64,000 bases of DNA, from IMG/VR virus record IMGVR_UViG_3300026549_001031. One strand, 5' to 3'. The notes under the pieces are model-generated. The model did not search any database, was not told where the DNA came from, and saw only the letters and a list, made by a program, of their open reading frames with translations. How positions within the stretch are numbered: position 1 is the first letter of the stretch; every line of letters starts with the position of its first letter. Shown piece after piece: positions 9,403 through 19,722 of the stretch. Both the position numbers and the translations under genes were made by a program. The DNA comes from a virus (taxonomy: Duplodnaviria; Heunggongvirae; Uroviricota; Caudoviricetes).

Positions 9403-10719
9403 ATGAGTTATGTATCTTGGAGATTATTTGATGAAGTCATTATTGTAGTAAATTCTTTTGGTCAGGGATATGTTGTAGACCCTGCTAATAAAAAGCAGCT
9501 TGAGACAGCAATGAGATGGGCAGAGAAAAGTTCAGACAAGGCACCTGAAGTAATCAGGACAGCAAATAAAGACTTTGAGTTGTCATTGTATGATTGCGCA
9601 GGACACAGCAGTTGTGGTGGAAAGCTTTCCTTTTGGAATTGTAAGATTGAAAAAGATGGGAAGTCTTACATTATTGGAATAAATACAGACTCACTGTTAA
9701 GTTTAATGAAGCATAGTACATTTGTGAATGGCAAGTGTCAGAGTAAGTTGTTCTTTGCTAAACAGGCAGGTAACACTTGTTTAATTCATGCTGGCATGAA
9801 GGAATATGATGAGGCAGTGAAGAGCATAAAGCTTAAGAAAGACCTAAGCACTAAGAAAACAAAGAACTGGCAGGTAGGAAAAAACTATGTCACTGCAACT
9901 TGTAATGACCTCTATCTTGGAGAGGTTTATGTACCTATATTTACAAGAGAATCATCTACAAGTTACTACAATTCTGATATATTTGATAGCTTACCTGAAG
10001 AAGTTAAAGACTATTTGTTTGAGTGTAAGGATCACAGGTTAAAACAGTATAGCAACAGATATGCACACATACTTAAGATTTCTGTAGATAAGACATATAA
10101 AAGAAAGATTAAGGCAATGAGTTATGATATACCTGACTTTGTAAAAGCTACAGGTGTTGAGAATGAGAAAGAATTAACATGGGATAAATTGTTTAGAGTA
10201 CTTAAGAAAAGCATGAAAGACATTCGCAAGGATTTTGTTAAATTCAAAAAAGAAGAAGAGAGCAAGTGTTTCAACTGGGATTTTGTTACTGAAGCATGCT
10301 ATCATAACAATGTGTTTGTTGATTACTGCATGGCAAAAGATGATGACTCACAGAAAATGCCTGCTAGACAACAGGGACAGATTGACCTTGGCGTAGGTGA
10401 TAATTACAATGAGCAGGTACAGGAATTGTTAGACCTTTCAAAAGAAGTGTACTTACAGTTAATTACAAAAGATGGTATAGATTGTGGTGCAACATTGAGA
10501 AACATTAGTAACTTAGTGAGAAGCACTAATGGAGAAATTACAGACCTTGACATTGAGATTGTGAAAGCAGTGTTTGAGAACATCGACAAGCAGGTTAAGG
10601 ACTTACTCAAAACTAAGAATCAGAAGTCTCTGTTCATAATTGAACATGATGATGAGGAAGAGTACATTTATGATACAGAAGAGGCACGTGACCATCTGAT
10701 TGAGTTACTAAGAAAATAA
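9403..10719 (+). CDS. hypothetical protein
   Basis: 438-aa ORF with AGGAGG RBS. Confidence 0.75.
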   Translation: MSYVSWRLFDEVIIVVNSFGQGYVVDPANKKQLETAMRWAEKSSDKAPEVIRTANKDFELSLYDCAGHSSCGGKLSFWNCKIEKDGKSYIIGINTDSLLSLMKHSTFVNGKCQSKLFFAKQAGNTCLIHAGMKEYDEAVKSIKLKKDLSTKKTKNWQVGKNYVTATCNDLYLGEVYVPIFTRESSTSYYNSDIFDSLPEEVKDYLFECKDHRLKQYSNRYAHILKISVDKTYKRKIKAMSYDIPDFVKATGVENEKELTWDKLFRVLKKSMKDIRKDFVKFKKEEESKCFNWDFVTEACYHNNVFVDYCMAKDDDSQKMPARQQGQIDLGVGDNYNEQVQELLDLSKEVYLQLITKDGIDCGATLRNISNLVRSTNGEITDLDIEIVKAVFENIDKQVKDLLKTKNQKSLFIIEHDDEEEYIYDTEEARDHLIELLRK

Positions 10720-10734
10720 AAGCAACAAGGCAGG

Positions 10735-10771
10735 TATAAAAACACTAGGCATTAAGACTAGTGTTTTTGTA
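10735..10771. terminator. intrinsic (possibly bidirectional) terminator
   Basis: AAAAACACTAG / CTAGTGTTTTT inverted repeat. Confidence 0.65.
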
Positions 10772-10802
10772 CATAGAAAGAAGGGTATCCTTAAGTAGAA
10801 GT

Positions 10803-12344
10803 ATGAAGCATAAAGTAGTAATTGATGCATTTACTGGTGATGAGTTAAAACAGTATATAAATAACCTTGGCATAGCAAAATTAAAAGAAAGAGATTTTGT
10901 GCAGGGCATTATTGAGTATTGTAGTCATCCAGTGAACAGAGTATTGTCAATATCAGGTTTAAGAGGTACAGGTAAAATAACTGGATTGCTTCAGGCGATT
11001 GATAGAATGAACATGTACGATAATTGTGTGTTCATTACAATAAATGAATTAGCAAGCATGGATTGTTTGGATCTTAGACAATTGATTATGGACAATTACA
11101 AAGATAAGAAATACATTTTTATTGATGAAATTACAAGAGTAAAAGACATTATCAATAATTCTGGTTTCTTAGCTGATAGCTTATGTGCCATGGGTAAAAG
11201 AGTAGTGATCAGTGGTACAGACTCACTTGGACTTGTTAAGTCAGAATCAGCAGGGTTGTACCATAGAGTGATCAGTAAAAATGTGACACACATTTCATAT
11301 GCTGAGGCAAAGAGAACAATGGGTCAGACATTGAATGAGTATATGCAACTTGGTGGACTCTACAGGGAGGATATGATAAAAGACATAGATGGACTTAGAA
11401 TGTACATTGAGACGGCAGTAATAGACAATATCTATAATACAATGACAAAGAATAAAGGAACTACTGGACTTCTAGGTTTAGAGAGTATACAAGATAAATC
11501 TAAGCTAAGAACATTGGTTTTCAGAATAGTCTATGCTATTATATATATTAACATTCAAAAGAGTAAGAATACAAGTGTTAAATACATGATAGACTTATTT
11601 GATGTAAAGAGTTCATCAGTATACACAGATAAGGCATTGAATAGTTTAGTTTGTTCACAGATGCTTGTGGATGAAAAAGTAACTGCAACACAAAAAGAGA
11701 TGCAAGCAGTATTAAGTGCTATGGAGGATATGGGTTTATTAGTAAAGGCAGCTAATCTGTTTAATAAGACAGAGGTTAATTATTATATAACAAATCCTTC
11801 TATAGTAAATCAGTTACTTGGTTCAATAGTTACAATACTAGAGAAAACAAACATTGGAAAGGCACCTGGTGCAACTGTAAAAGGTAAAAGAGGCGTGTTA
11901 TTTGAAAGCATAATCGTTGCTCATACAAAGATGGTGGCTGATAAATATGATAATGCACTATATTATTACCATGACACTAATAACAGAGAAGTGGACTTAA
12001 TAATTGAAAGACAGACAATGGATGAGTTCGATGATGTTTATTTATACTACGAGATAAAAATGACAAGAGACCCTAACATAGCAGTTGTTAAGTCTAAATG
12101 GATAAATGATAGTGCAGTGAATAAATTTGCAGAGGCACAGGGAACTGTTGTAGGAAAAGGAATTATTTATGGTGGAGACACTCAAGTGTTTAGTGGCTTT
12201 ACAGATAAGAATATGTTGCCTCCTAAAGGGATGTCATTACAGGATATAGAGAGACAAAACAGTGGGATTGAACTAATTGCAGCTGAAGATTACCTGTTAC
12301 ATACAGAGGATAAGTTACAGTCATTGGAAAGATATGAGGTTTAA
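10803..12344 (+). CDS. AAA_14-type ATPase with C-terminal DUF4143-like PD-(D/E)xK domain
   Basis: GLRGTGK Walker A, IFIDEI Walker B, ISGT; C-terminal GVLFE..., YYYHD..REVDLII..YEIK. Confidence 0.75.
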   Translation: MKHKVVIDAFTGDELKQYINNLGIAKLKERDFVQGIIEYCSHPVNRVLSISGLRGTGKITGLLQAIDRMNMYDNCVFITINELASMDCLDLRQLIMDNYKDKKYIFIDEITRVKDIINNSGFLADSLCAMGKRVVISGTDSLGLVKSESAGLYHRVISKNVTHISYAEAKRTMGQTLNEYMQLGGLYREDMIKDIDGLRMYIETAVIDNIYNTMTKNKGTTGLLGLESIQDKSKLRTLVFRIVYAIIYINIQKSKNTSVKYMIDLFDVKSSSVYTDKALNSLVCSQMLVDEKVTATQKEMQAVLSAMEDMGLLVKAANLFNKTEVNYYITNPSIVNQLLGSIVTILEKTNIGKAPGATVKGKRGVLFESIIVAHTKMVADKYDNALYYYHDTNNREVDLIIERQTMDEFDDVYLYYEIKMTRDPNIAVVKSKWINDSAVNKFAEAQGTVVGKGIIYGGDTQVFSGFTDKNMLPPKGMSLQDIERQNSGIELIAAEDYLLHTEDKLQSLERYEV

Positions 12345-12345
12345 T

Positions 12346-12603
12346 ATGGTAGACAGAGAAAAGTTAGCACAGCAATCAAAATTAAGATTTAGACTTTACG
12401 ATTATTATGGAATACCTTATGGTGGTTTTGATACAGATGGAGATGCTGGAGAAGGGCTTTTCTTATCAGAGAAACAGCAGGATAGGGAAAGAGCAATGAC
12501 ACTAATACTAGGTATGCAAGACATACCTAATGAATTAGCAGACAGACTATTAAAATATAAAGAGCAGGATCAGAAAGAGAGGCAAAAGAAGTTTAGCATA
12601 TAA
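12346..12603 (+). CDS. hypothetical protein
   Basis: ATG after GAGG immediately after the ATPase stop. Confidence 0.6.
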   Translation: MVDREKLAQQSKLRFRLYDYYGIPYGGFDTDGDAGEGLFLSEKQQDRERAMTLILGMQDIPNELADRLLKYKEQDQKERQKKFSI

Positions 12604-12644
12604 ATATAAAAAAGAAAAAAAATTAAAATTAGGAGGGAAATTGA

Positions 12645-14897
12645 GTGGTACAGGCACGGGCATTAGAAGCAATAAAGAACAGTGATAAAATTGTAGGTTA
12701 CAAGTTGCAGGATGATGAAGGACATGTAATGGATGTTAATTGTTCTGCAATTATTGGAGCATTAAAGAATAATCAAATCAGCATTTCTAATTTAAGAGTG
12801 ACAAGTGATGATAAATTAGAAATGATTGTGAATAATGAGTCAAGCACCTCAAAAGAGACAGGTGATCCTGTCAAAACTGAAAATGAACTTAAAAATGAGA
12901 AAAGTTCTAAAGAAATTCATAAGACAGGCAATGCTGATTTGGATAGGATGCATGAGCTTGTTGATGTGCTGAACAAGGCTAGATTCGCTTATGAGCAGCA
13001 GGATGAAGAAATTATGAGTAATTTTGAATATGATAGACTCTATGATGAATTAAAAGCACTTGAGGAAAAGACAGGTACAGTGTTAGGTAATAGTCCGACA
13101 GCTAATGTAGGTTATGAGGTTGTAAGTGAGTTACCTAAGAAAAAGCACGAGACACCTATGCTGTCATTGGATAAGACAAAAGAGCGTGAAGCATTATTAG
13201 CCTTTCTTAAGGGTAAAGAGGGAGTGCTTTCATGGAAATTGGATGGTTTAACAGTTGTACTCACTTACAATCATGGGGTTCTACAGGAGGCAGTTACAAG
13301 AGGCAATGGCGAAATTGGGGAGATTGTGACAGCTAATGCACGAACTTTTGAGAACTTACCTAAGAAAATTGCTTATGATGGCTTACTTGTAATGAGGGGT
13401 GAGGCAACAATAAGTTATAAGGACTTTGAGGAAATCAATAACTCATTACCTTTTGGAGAAGATCCTTATAAGAATCCGAGAAACCTTTGTAGTGGTAGTG
13501 TTAGACAGCTGGATAGTAGTATAACTGCACAGCGTCATGTTAAATGGACATGTTTCAACATTGAACAGTGTGAAAGAGAGATCCCTAATCAGGTGGATCA
13601 GCAGTTGGCACTTGTTAAGTTCCTTGGATTTGATGTAGTTGGACATGTGGTAGTAAATCCAAGTAATTTACTTGCAAACATTGATAAATTTGATGAGGCT
13701 ATCAAAAATGGAGAAATGACAATTCCGAGTGATGGTTTAGTTTTAACATATAGAGATAGGGCATATGGAAATAGTTTAGGACGAACAACTAAATTTCCGA
13801 GACACAGTTTGGCTTTTAAGTGGCAGGACGAGGAAGAGGAAACAACATTACAGGATATTGAGTGGTCAGTAGGAAAAAGTGGTGTGATTACACCTGTTGC
13901 AATATTCAAACCTGTAGATATTGAGGGAAGTACAGTAAGCAGAGCAAGCTTACATAATGTAAGTATTTTCCTTGACATGGAACTTGGTTTTGGGGACACA
14001 TTAAAAGTTTACAAGGCTAACATGATTATACCTCAGATCAGTGAGAATTTAACAAGAAGCAGTACTTGTTATATACCGGAGACATGTCCTTGTTGTGGAT
14101 ACCCTACAGAAGTACATGAGGATCCTAAGAGTGGGGTTTATACACTATGGTGTATGAATGATGAGTGTGAAGCAAAGGGCAATAGGGTTTTGAAACACTT
14201 CGTTAGCAGAGATGCAATGAATATTGATGGTATCAGTGGTGCAAAACTTGAGGCATTAAGTAATGCAGGAATAATTAGTGACTTTGCTTCAGTGTTTAAG
14301 ATTGCAGAGCATAGAGATGAAATCATTAACATGGAAGGGTTTGGAGTTAAGTCATATGAGAATATGGTTAATGCAGTAGACAAAGCAAGACATGTCAAGG
14401 TTGCTAATTTAATTTATGCATTGGGAATTCCTAATATTGGCTTGGCAACAGCAAAACTGATCTGTAAGCATTTTAACAATGACATTGAGAAAATAGCAAG
14501 TGCATCATATGAGGAATTACTTGACATTGATCAGATTGGTGCAGTCATTGCTGATAGTTTTACTAGCTACTTCGATGATGAGGAGAAATTTGATGAATTT
14601 GTTGAACTGCTTAAGCAGTTAAGGATTGTGCAGGAGAAAGTAAGTACAGATATGTCAATGAGTGGAGTTACAATCTGTGTTACTGGAGATGTTTACATTT
14701 TCCCTAATAGAAGGGCTATCAAGGATTTAGTTGAGAGTCTTGGTGGTAAGTTAACAGGCAGTGTGTCAAGGAGTACGAGTTACTTGGTAACAAATGATAC
14801 AACATCGGGAAGTAGAAAAAACAAGGCAGCTCAGGAGTATGGCATACCTATTTTAACAGAGCAGCAGTTCATTGATAAGTTCAACTTAACAGTTTAG
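12645..14897 (+). CDS. ligA: NAD-dependent DNA ligase with extra ~60-aa N-terminal module
   Basis: EYDRLYDEL, MLSLDK, KLDG adenylation motif, TRGNG..GE, NPRN, DGLV, AFKW, SRASLHN, Zn finger CPCC, HhH repeats, BRCT (GSVSRST.YLV). Confidence 0.96.
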   Translation: MVQARALEAIKNSDKIVGYKLQDDEGHVMDVNCSAIIGALKNNQISISNLRVTSDDKLEMIVNNESSTSKETGDPVKTENELKNEKSSKEIHKTGNADLDRMHELVDVLNKARFAYEQQDEEIMSNFEYDRLYDELKALEEKTGTVLGNSPTANVGYEVVSELPKKKHETPMLSLDKTKEREALLAFLKGKEGVLSWKLDGLTVVLTYNHGVLQEAVTRGNGEIGEIVTANARTFENLPKKIAYDGLLVMRGEATISYKDFEEINNSLPFGEDPYKNPRNLCSGSVRQLDSSITAQRHVKWTCFNIEQCEREIPNQVDQQLALVKFLGFDVVGHVVVNPSNLLANIDKFDEAIKNGEMTIPSDGLVLTYRDRAYGNSLGRTTKFPRHSLAFKWQDEEEETTLQDIEWSVGKSGVITPVAIFKPVDIEGSTVSRASLHNVSIFLDMELGFGDTLKVYKANMIIPQISENLTRSSTCYIPETCPCCGYPTEVHEDPKSGVYTLWCMNDECEAKGNRVLKHFVSRDAMNIDGISGAKLEALSNAGIISDFASVFKIAEHRDEIINMEGFGVKSYENMVNAVDKARHVKVANLIYALGIPNIGLATAKLICKHFNNDIEKIASASYEELLDIDQIGAVIADSFTSYFDDEEKFDEFVELLKQLRIVQEKVSTDMSMSGVTICVTGDVYIFPNRRAIKDLVESLGGKLTGSVSRSTSYLVTNDTTSGSRKNKAAQEYGIPILTEQQFIDKFNLTV

Positions 14898-14978
14898 ACA
14901 GAGGGTAACATTGAGAGCCACATTAGTCTCAATTGTAATTGTAAATTAAATTTTTAATTAAAAAATGGAGGTACTATT

Positions 14979-15590
14979 ATGGTTGAGGCTAAATGCATTA
15001 TGAAAATTAAGGATAAGCAGGGAAACATTCAGGGATACAGACTAGTGGATGCAAATGGCATGGAGAATGATATAAATTCATTGGACTTAAAGAAAGCAAT
15101 TGCAAATGGACAAATACATGTTAGTAATTTGAAACTTACATCAAATAATAGGTTGATAGACACAGGAGATGGAGTAAACAAGGCAAAAAAGACAGAGGAT
15201 GAATTCTTCAATGCAATAGCTAAAATAGAGAAAAACTTTGCTAGGCAGGTTGGAGGAAAGTCTGGTGAGTGTGTTGAGAGAAACACAAGTCACGGAGTAA
15301 GTTATAAAGACATTATTACTAATGTTTATGGGTCATATGGAGTGCTTGTATACATTATATTTCCTGATGGTGAACCAAGTGCTAATGCAGAGTTTGCATT
15401 GGCACGTAATAATGGTTTTGCAGATGCAGAGTTTGCATTGGCACGTAATAATGGTTTTGCAGATGCAGAGTTTACATCAGTGATAGAATTACATGCACCA
15501 TTATATAGTGATAGTAACATTAAGAATATGCAGAGTTTATGTAATCAGTTTACTCAAAGCATCAAGAAGTGGATACAGGAAAAGAAATAA
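14979..15590 (+). CDS. protein with the shared GYxLxD...NLxLTSxxRL N-terminal module
   Basis: GGAGG RBS; N-terminus aligns with the LigA N-extension and the 18166 ORF. Confidence 0.75.
   Translation: MVEAKCIMKIKDKQGNIQGYRLVDANGMENDINSLDLKKAIANGQIHVSNLKLTSNNRLIDTGDGVNKAKKTEDEFFNAIAKIEKNFARQVGGKSGECVERNTSHGVSYKDIITNVYGSYGVLVYIIFPDGEPSANAEFALARNNGFADAEFALARNNGFADAEFTSVIELHAPLYSDSNIKNMQSLCNQFTQSIKKWIQEKK
15385..15473 (+). repeat. perfect 39-nt in-frame tandem duplication (AEFALARNNGFAD x2)
   Basis: ATGCAGAGTTTGCATTGGCACGTAATAATGGTTTTGCAG twice plus an 11-nt partial third copy. Confidence 0.95.
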
Positions 15591-15641
15591 GGCTGTGATA
15601 AGATAGAATGATACAGTGAAAATAATAGAAAGGACAGTATA

Positions 15642-16130
15642 ATGGTATTAGTTAGAAGTAAATTTCAACAAGTATGCACAGAAAATGGTATAGGTGATGA
15701 TAAAGTATTTTTGAATAACATAGGTAATTTAGTAGGTAAAGTAGATGGGGCAGATATACTGTATGAAAGACTTAGGGAATTAAATACTGAAATGATAAAT
15801 ATACCTAGGGGGATAAGTAAAGAGAGTTTAATATATAGCATAGGTATGTATTATGATACATGTGAAATATATCCTTTGGATATAGTATATGAGGCATTGT
15901 TAATTGATAGTAAAAACAGTGATAATTCAGATAAAAACAGGATGCTTGATGAAATATACAATATATATTGTAATAAATACGAGTATTTTATAGAGTGTCT
16001 TTCCCGTTTTGAAATTATGCCACATAATAATAGTAATTTAGAAAGAAAGCACACAGATGCTTTGAATACAAACATACAAGTACCTAATTTAATACAGCAG
16101 GAGAAGAGATATGCATTATTTGATGAATAA
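15642..16130 (+). CDS. hypothetical protein, possible partner of the HipA-like kinase
   Basis: ORF overlapping the start of the kinase gene. Confidence 0.65.
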   Translation: MVLVRSKFQQVCTENGIGDDKVFLNNIGNLVGKVDGADILYERLRELNTEMINIPRGISKESLIYSIGMYYDTCEIYPLDIVYEALLIDSKNSDNSDKNRMLDEIYNIYCNKYEYFIECLSRFEIMPHNNSNLERKHTDALNTNIQVPNLIQQEKRYALFDE

Positions 16131-17181
16131 AGACATACCATGCTTGGAAATAGAAACAGGTAGGTACATACGATATGAAAGATGCCCTATTTCACTGATG
16201 CTAGATCCTAGGAGTGTGGGAATTAAATACAGCAAGGTTTATAAGTGGATACAGCAAAGAGCAGTTCCGCTAAGTAGAAAAAATGCAGATGCAATATATA
16301 TGGCAATGCAGTTACCTAGGGATAATTCAGAAACAGAGTTGATGTACTTAACCCATTCATTATCAATCAACGATAATTTCTGGATTGCAGACGAAAAGGA
16401 GATTTCAAACATCAGTTATTATAATATATCCTTGTTTCGTAATAGTTTTGCAGAAGCCATGTATCTTGTAGCTTTGAAGGGCAATAAGTTTACAATTTCA
16501 GATAGTAGGCTATCACCCGAATTCACAGGGCAAGGCAGTTATCCAAAGTGTTTTATCAGGGGGACAGATGGTATATACATCGTTAAAAATCAATCAATAC
16601 AGGAAACAATGAATGAGATCCTAGCTTGTTATATTGCTGAACTTCTGGGAATTAAGACAGCACATTATGATTACATCAAGTTTAGTGGATTAGACTGTAC
16701 TAAATCTAAGATTTTAACAAACGAGCAATTAAATTGGGAGTCAGCATTTAGTGTGTCAGAGGCATTAGCATTAAGAGGGCAAACACCTCAGGAATACATG
16801 ATGAAACATTACACTGTAGACTTTTGCAATATGATTATATTTGATGCATTGGTATTAAATGCAGATAGGCATATGAAAAATTGGTCATTTGAAATAGATG
16901 CTGAAAGCAATGTAATAAGAGGTTTGAGTCCTAGCTATGATTACAATAAAGCATTTGAAGCTGATAGTAAGACAACAAGCACATTGATATTTGACAACAA
17001 TAGAAGGTTGAACATACTGGAGGCAGGTAGATACACTTATAACAATTATGGCTGTTCAATTGACCTTTGTGGTTTATATGATACTGTTGATGGACTTAAT
17101 GTAAAAATGGATAAGCAAGCTTTTAAGAATAGAATTGCATATATTCTTGGGAGGAAAGACTCTCAAATAGATTGTTATTGA
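16111..17181 (+). CDS. HipA/CtkA-like Ser/Thr kinase
   Basis: GQGSYPKCF, NEILAC.IAELLG, FDALVLNADRHMKNWSF, LSPSYD. Confidence 0.8.
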   Translation: MHYLMNKDIPCLEIETGRYIRYERCPISLMLDPRSVGIKYSKVYKWIQQRAVPLSRKNADAIYMAMQLPRDNSETELMYLTHSLSINDNFWIADEKEISNISYYNISLFRNSFAEAMYLVALKGNKFTISDSRLSPEFTGQGSYPKCFIRGTDGIYIVKNQSIQETMNEILACYIAELLGIKTAHYDYIKFSGLDCTKSKILTNEQLNWESAFSVSEALALRGQTPQEYMMKHYTVDFCNMIIFDALVLNADRHMKNWSFEIDAESNVIRGLSPSYDYNKAFEADSKTTSTLIFDNNRRLNILEAGRYTYNNYGCSIDLCGLYDTVDGLNVKMDKQAFKNRIAYILGRKDSQIDCY

Positions 17182-17187
17182 ATTTTC

Positions 17188-17221
17188 AAACTACTTATAT
17201 TACAATTATAAGTAGTTTTTA
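17188..17221 (+). terminator. intrinsic terminator
   Basis: AAACTACTTA / TAAGTAGTTT stem plus T-run. Confidence 0.65.
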
Positions 17222-17241
17222 ATTTTTATAATAATTAAGAA

Positions 17242-17919
17242 GTGAGGAAATCTGGGATGGCGCAGATGAGTGGTCAACAAACAGTAGTGACATTAGATCA
17301 GGCATTAGATTATTGGTTTAATCAGCTTGTAGTGGATGTAAAGCAATATATAGTAAGTAAGGTGCAAAGATATGGTTTGCAATATGCAACAAATCCTCTT
17401 GTGCATACCAGTTCAGCTTATCTTGGACATGGTAAAGATTATACTATCTGGTATAGATTTAGCGGTAACAGTAAATTATATTACTTTACCATTGTACGAA
17501 TGAGTGTAGCATTAAGACAATATAGTAAGAGCTGCTGGGATGAGAGTGGTCGTAGCTGGATAAATAGAGTATACAATGATAGAATGGATTATGCTAAGGC
17601 TAAATGGTATGACTTACCATTACAGGAATACATTGAATACTTGAAACAAACATATGCAGCAGCATATAGACAAAACAAGGCACAGCCTGAATTATATGTT
17701 GAAATCACATTAGGTCCTGTGACAACACATGAATTGGGTTTAGATCCTTCTTGGAAGAGAAATGCACCACATAATAGTTTATTAAAAGACAATAAGGTTG
17801 ATAAATATGACTTATTAAGTGTAGGGAATACAGATTATTTTACACTACTTAAACAGACAGAACAAGGGTGTATGCAGGAAATAATGGAAGCAAACATAGA
17901 TCCATTTCCATTACCATAA
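17242..17919 (+). CDS. hypothetical protein
   Basis: ORF track; true start may be the ATG at 17257. Confidence 0.7.
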   Translation: MRKSGMAQMSGQQTVVTLDQALDYWFNQLVVDVKQYIVSKVQRYGLQYATNPLVHTSSAYLGHGKDYTIWYRFSGNSKLYYFTIVRMSVALRQYSKSCWDESGRSWINRVYNDRMDYAKAKWYDLPLQEYIEYLKQTYAAAYRQNKAQPELYVEITLGPVTTHELGLDPSWKRNAPHNSLLKDNKVDKYDLLSVGNTDYFTLLKQTEQGCMQEIMEANIDPFPLP

Positions 17920-17942
17920 TTTTGAAATGAGGTGATACATAA

Positions 17943-18134
17943 ATGAATTACAGTTATGCATTAGAGAAGAGAGATATTTCAAGGATAAATAAATTAAATG
18001 CACTAACAAATGCAAACACTTTTTATGACGATGTAAGAAAGATCACTAGAAATGTAAAATCAGACCATGCTATTAAGAGATGGCAGTGTTTAGCAGATGC
18101 AAGGTTCAATGAATTAACACACGGAATAAGATAG
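17943..18134 (+). CDS. hypothetical protein
   Basis: GAGGTG RBS, 63 aa. Confidence 0.65.
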   Translation: MNYSYALEKRDISRINKLNALTNANTFYDDVRKITRNVKSDHAIKRWQCLADARFNELTHGIR

Positions 18135-18165
18135 GAGATACAGTGGAAATTGGGAGGTAAGAGTC

Positions 18166-18886
18166 ATGATTAGTACAAAATGTACAATGAAGTTTAGAGA
18201 TAAAACAGGTAAAATTATGGGATACAGACTTGTAGATTTGAAAGGTCAAAAACAAAATATTAAGCCTGAAATTCTAAAAGCAGCAATTAAAAAATGGTCA
18301 GATATCTGTAGTAAATTTAACACTTACAAGTGATAATAGATTGGTTGACACATCAGATAAGCAGTATCAACGAAAGAAAATAGGCAGTACATCTGCAGAT
18401 GAAATGCATGTGAAAAATAGAACAAGACTAATGGCTAAGGATAATGCACATAGGATGCGGATGGCTAATGCAATAGTTTGTATGAACATGGAATGTGCAG
18501 ATTATACAGAAAGTTTAACAGATATGATATGTGCAATAGCAGGTATTTGTACTGACTATCCTGATTGCAATAATAGAACACTCATTAGATACCAGACGAA
18601 AGCATTCTTAAAGTTGATGGATACAGATAAAGATTATGTTAAGAACTTCCTTTATAGTAGATTGACTCATAATTTTGCTGGTTTTAGGAGAGGAATTGAT
18701 CAGTATTTAGCTACCAAAGATTTAAGGGGTGCAGAGATGATAATTGGAAGTCTCAGGTTGATTAAAGAGTACCTTGAGGGAGACTTTGGAGAATCAGAGT
18801 ATGATAGGGAGTCATTAACAGCTAAGATCAGTAACTTCTTGATTGAAAATGAGAACAGAGTGAAACTTGAAAGAGCATTGGGATAA
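18166..18886 (+). pseudogene. shared-N-module protein interrupted by one extra base in an A6 run (18289-18294); pseudogene or assembly error
   Basis: MISTKCTMKFRDKTGKIMGYRLVDLKG...KAAIK continues in another frame as NGQISVVNLTLTSDNRLVDT into ORF 18341-18886. Confidence 0.75.
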
Positions 18887-18911
18887 GATAGACAAGTAAA
18901 GAGGGATTAAC

Positions 18912-19349
18912 ATGTTTTATTATTTAATTACTTTTATAGTAGGAACTGGGCAACAGGCAAGAGTGTTGAGGTCAGATGAAAAATTAGAGACAGGCGCTAT
19001 AAAACAGTATTATACTAAATACAGTAAAATGAATGGGCTTAGAATAAAGTCAATAGTGCCTATTGAAAATGAGAAAAACATTACAAATTTGAGTATAGAC
19101 AACTATCTTAAATTTGGAGATCTATATGCACAGCGTGCATTAGAGTATTCAGAGCACTATGGAATAGTTACATACAAGGTAGTAAATAATAAAATGACAT
19201 ATAATCAAAATTATAACAATAGTGAGTGTATAGGAGGAGTTTGGAAAAGAAATCCTTGTACATACAGGAGAACGGTTAATCTTGATACATTTGAAGTAAA
19301 AACAGAGAAATTACAGAGATTGCAGAAAAATGGTTGGGATAACGTATAA
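18912..19349 (+). CDS. hypothetical protein
   Basis: ORF with RBS. Confidence 0.65.
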   Translation: MFYYLITFIVGTGQQARVLRSDEKLETGAIKQYYTKYSKMNGLRIKSIVPIENEKNITNLSIDNYLKFGDLYAQRALEYSEHYGIVTYKVVNNKMTYNQNYNNSECIGGVWKRNPCTYRRTVNLDTFEVKTEKLQRLQKNGWDNV

Positions 19350-19370
19350 ATTAGTGGGAGGTAATACAGA

Positions 19371-19709
19371 ATGAGTGAAATTCAGGAAAGAAAAAATAAG
19401 GCAATACCTACAATTAGTGTGCCTAGCATAAGAGAATATGAGATCAACAGTAGTGATGAACAGTTGGTTTCATTGAGGGACAAAGGTTTAATTGTGAAAT
19501 CACAGTACAATAAACAGGGAATACCTGGTAGTTATCCTGACTGCTATGCAAGAGAAACAGTGGCAGACATGTTGGTTAAGGCACAGCATAGTTTAGAGTG
19601 GTGGCATTATGACTATGGTGATAAGTTTTGGGCTTACTTCACAAAAAATGAGGCAATATATGACGGAGTAATAGACGTGGACTTTCCTAATAGGTTTCCA
19701 TTAAGATAA
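19371..19709 (+). pseudogene. VanX/M15D D-Ala-D-Ala dipeptidase remnant with in-frame internal deletion
   Basis: CYARETVADMLVKAQHSL joined directly to EWWHYDYG; the DxxRP and SxHxxGxAxD zinc-binding core is missing. Confidence 0.65.
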
Positions 19710-19722
19710 AGGAGGTAGCAGT

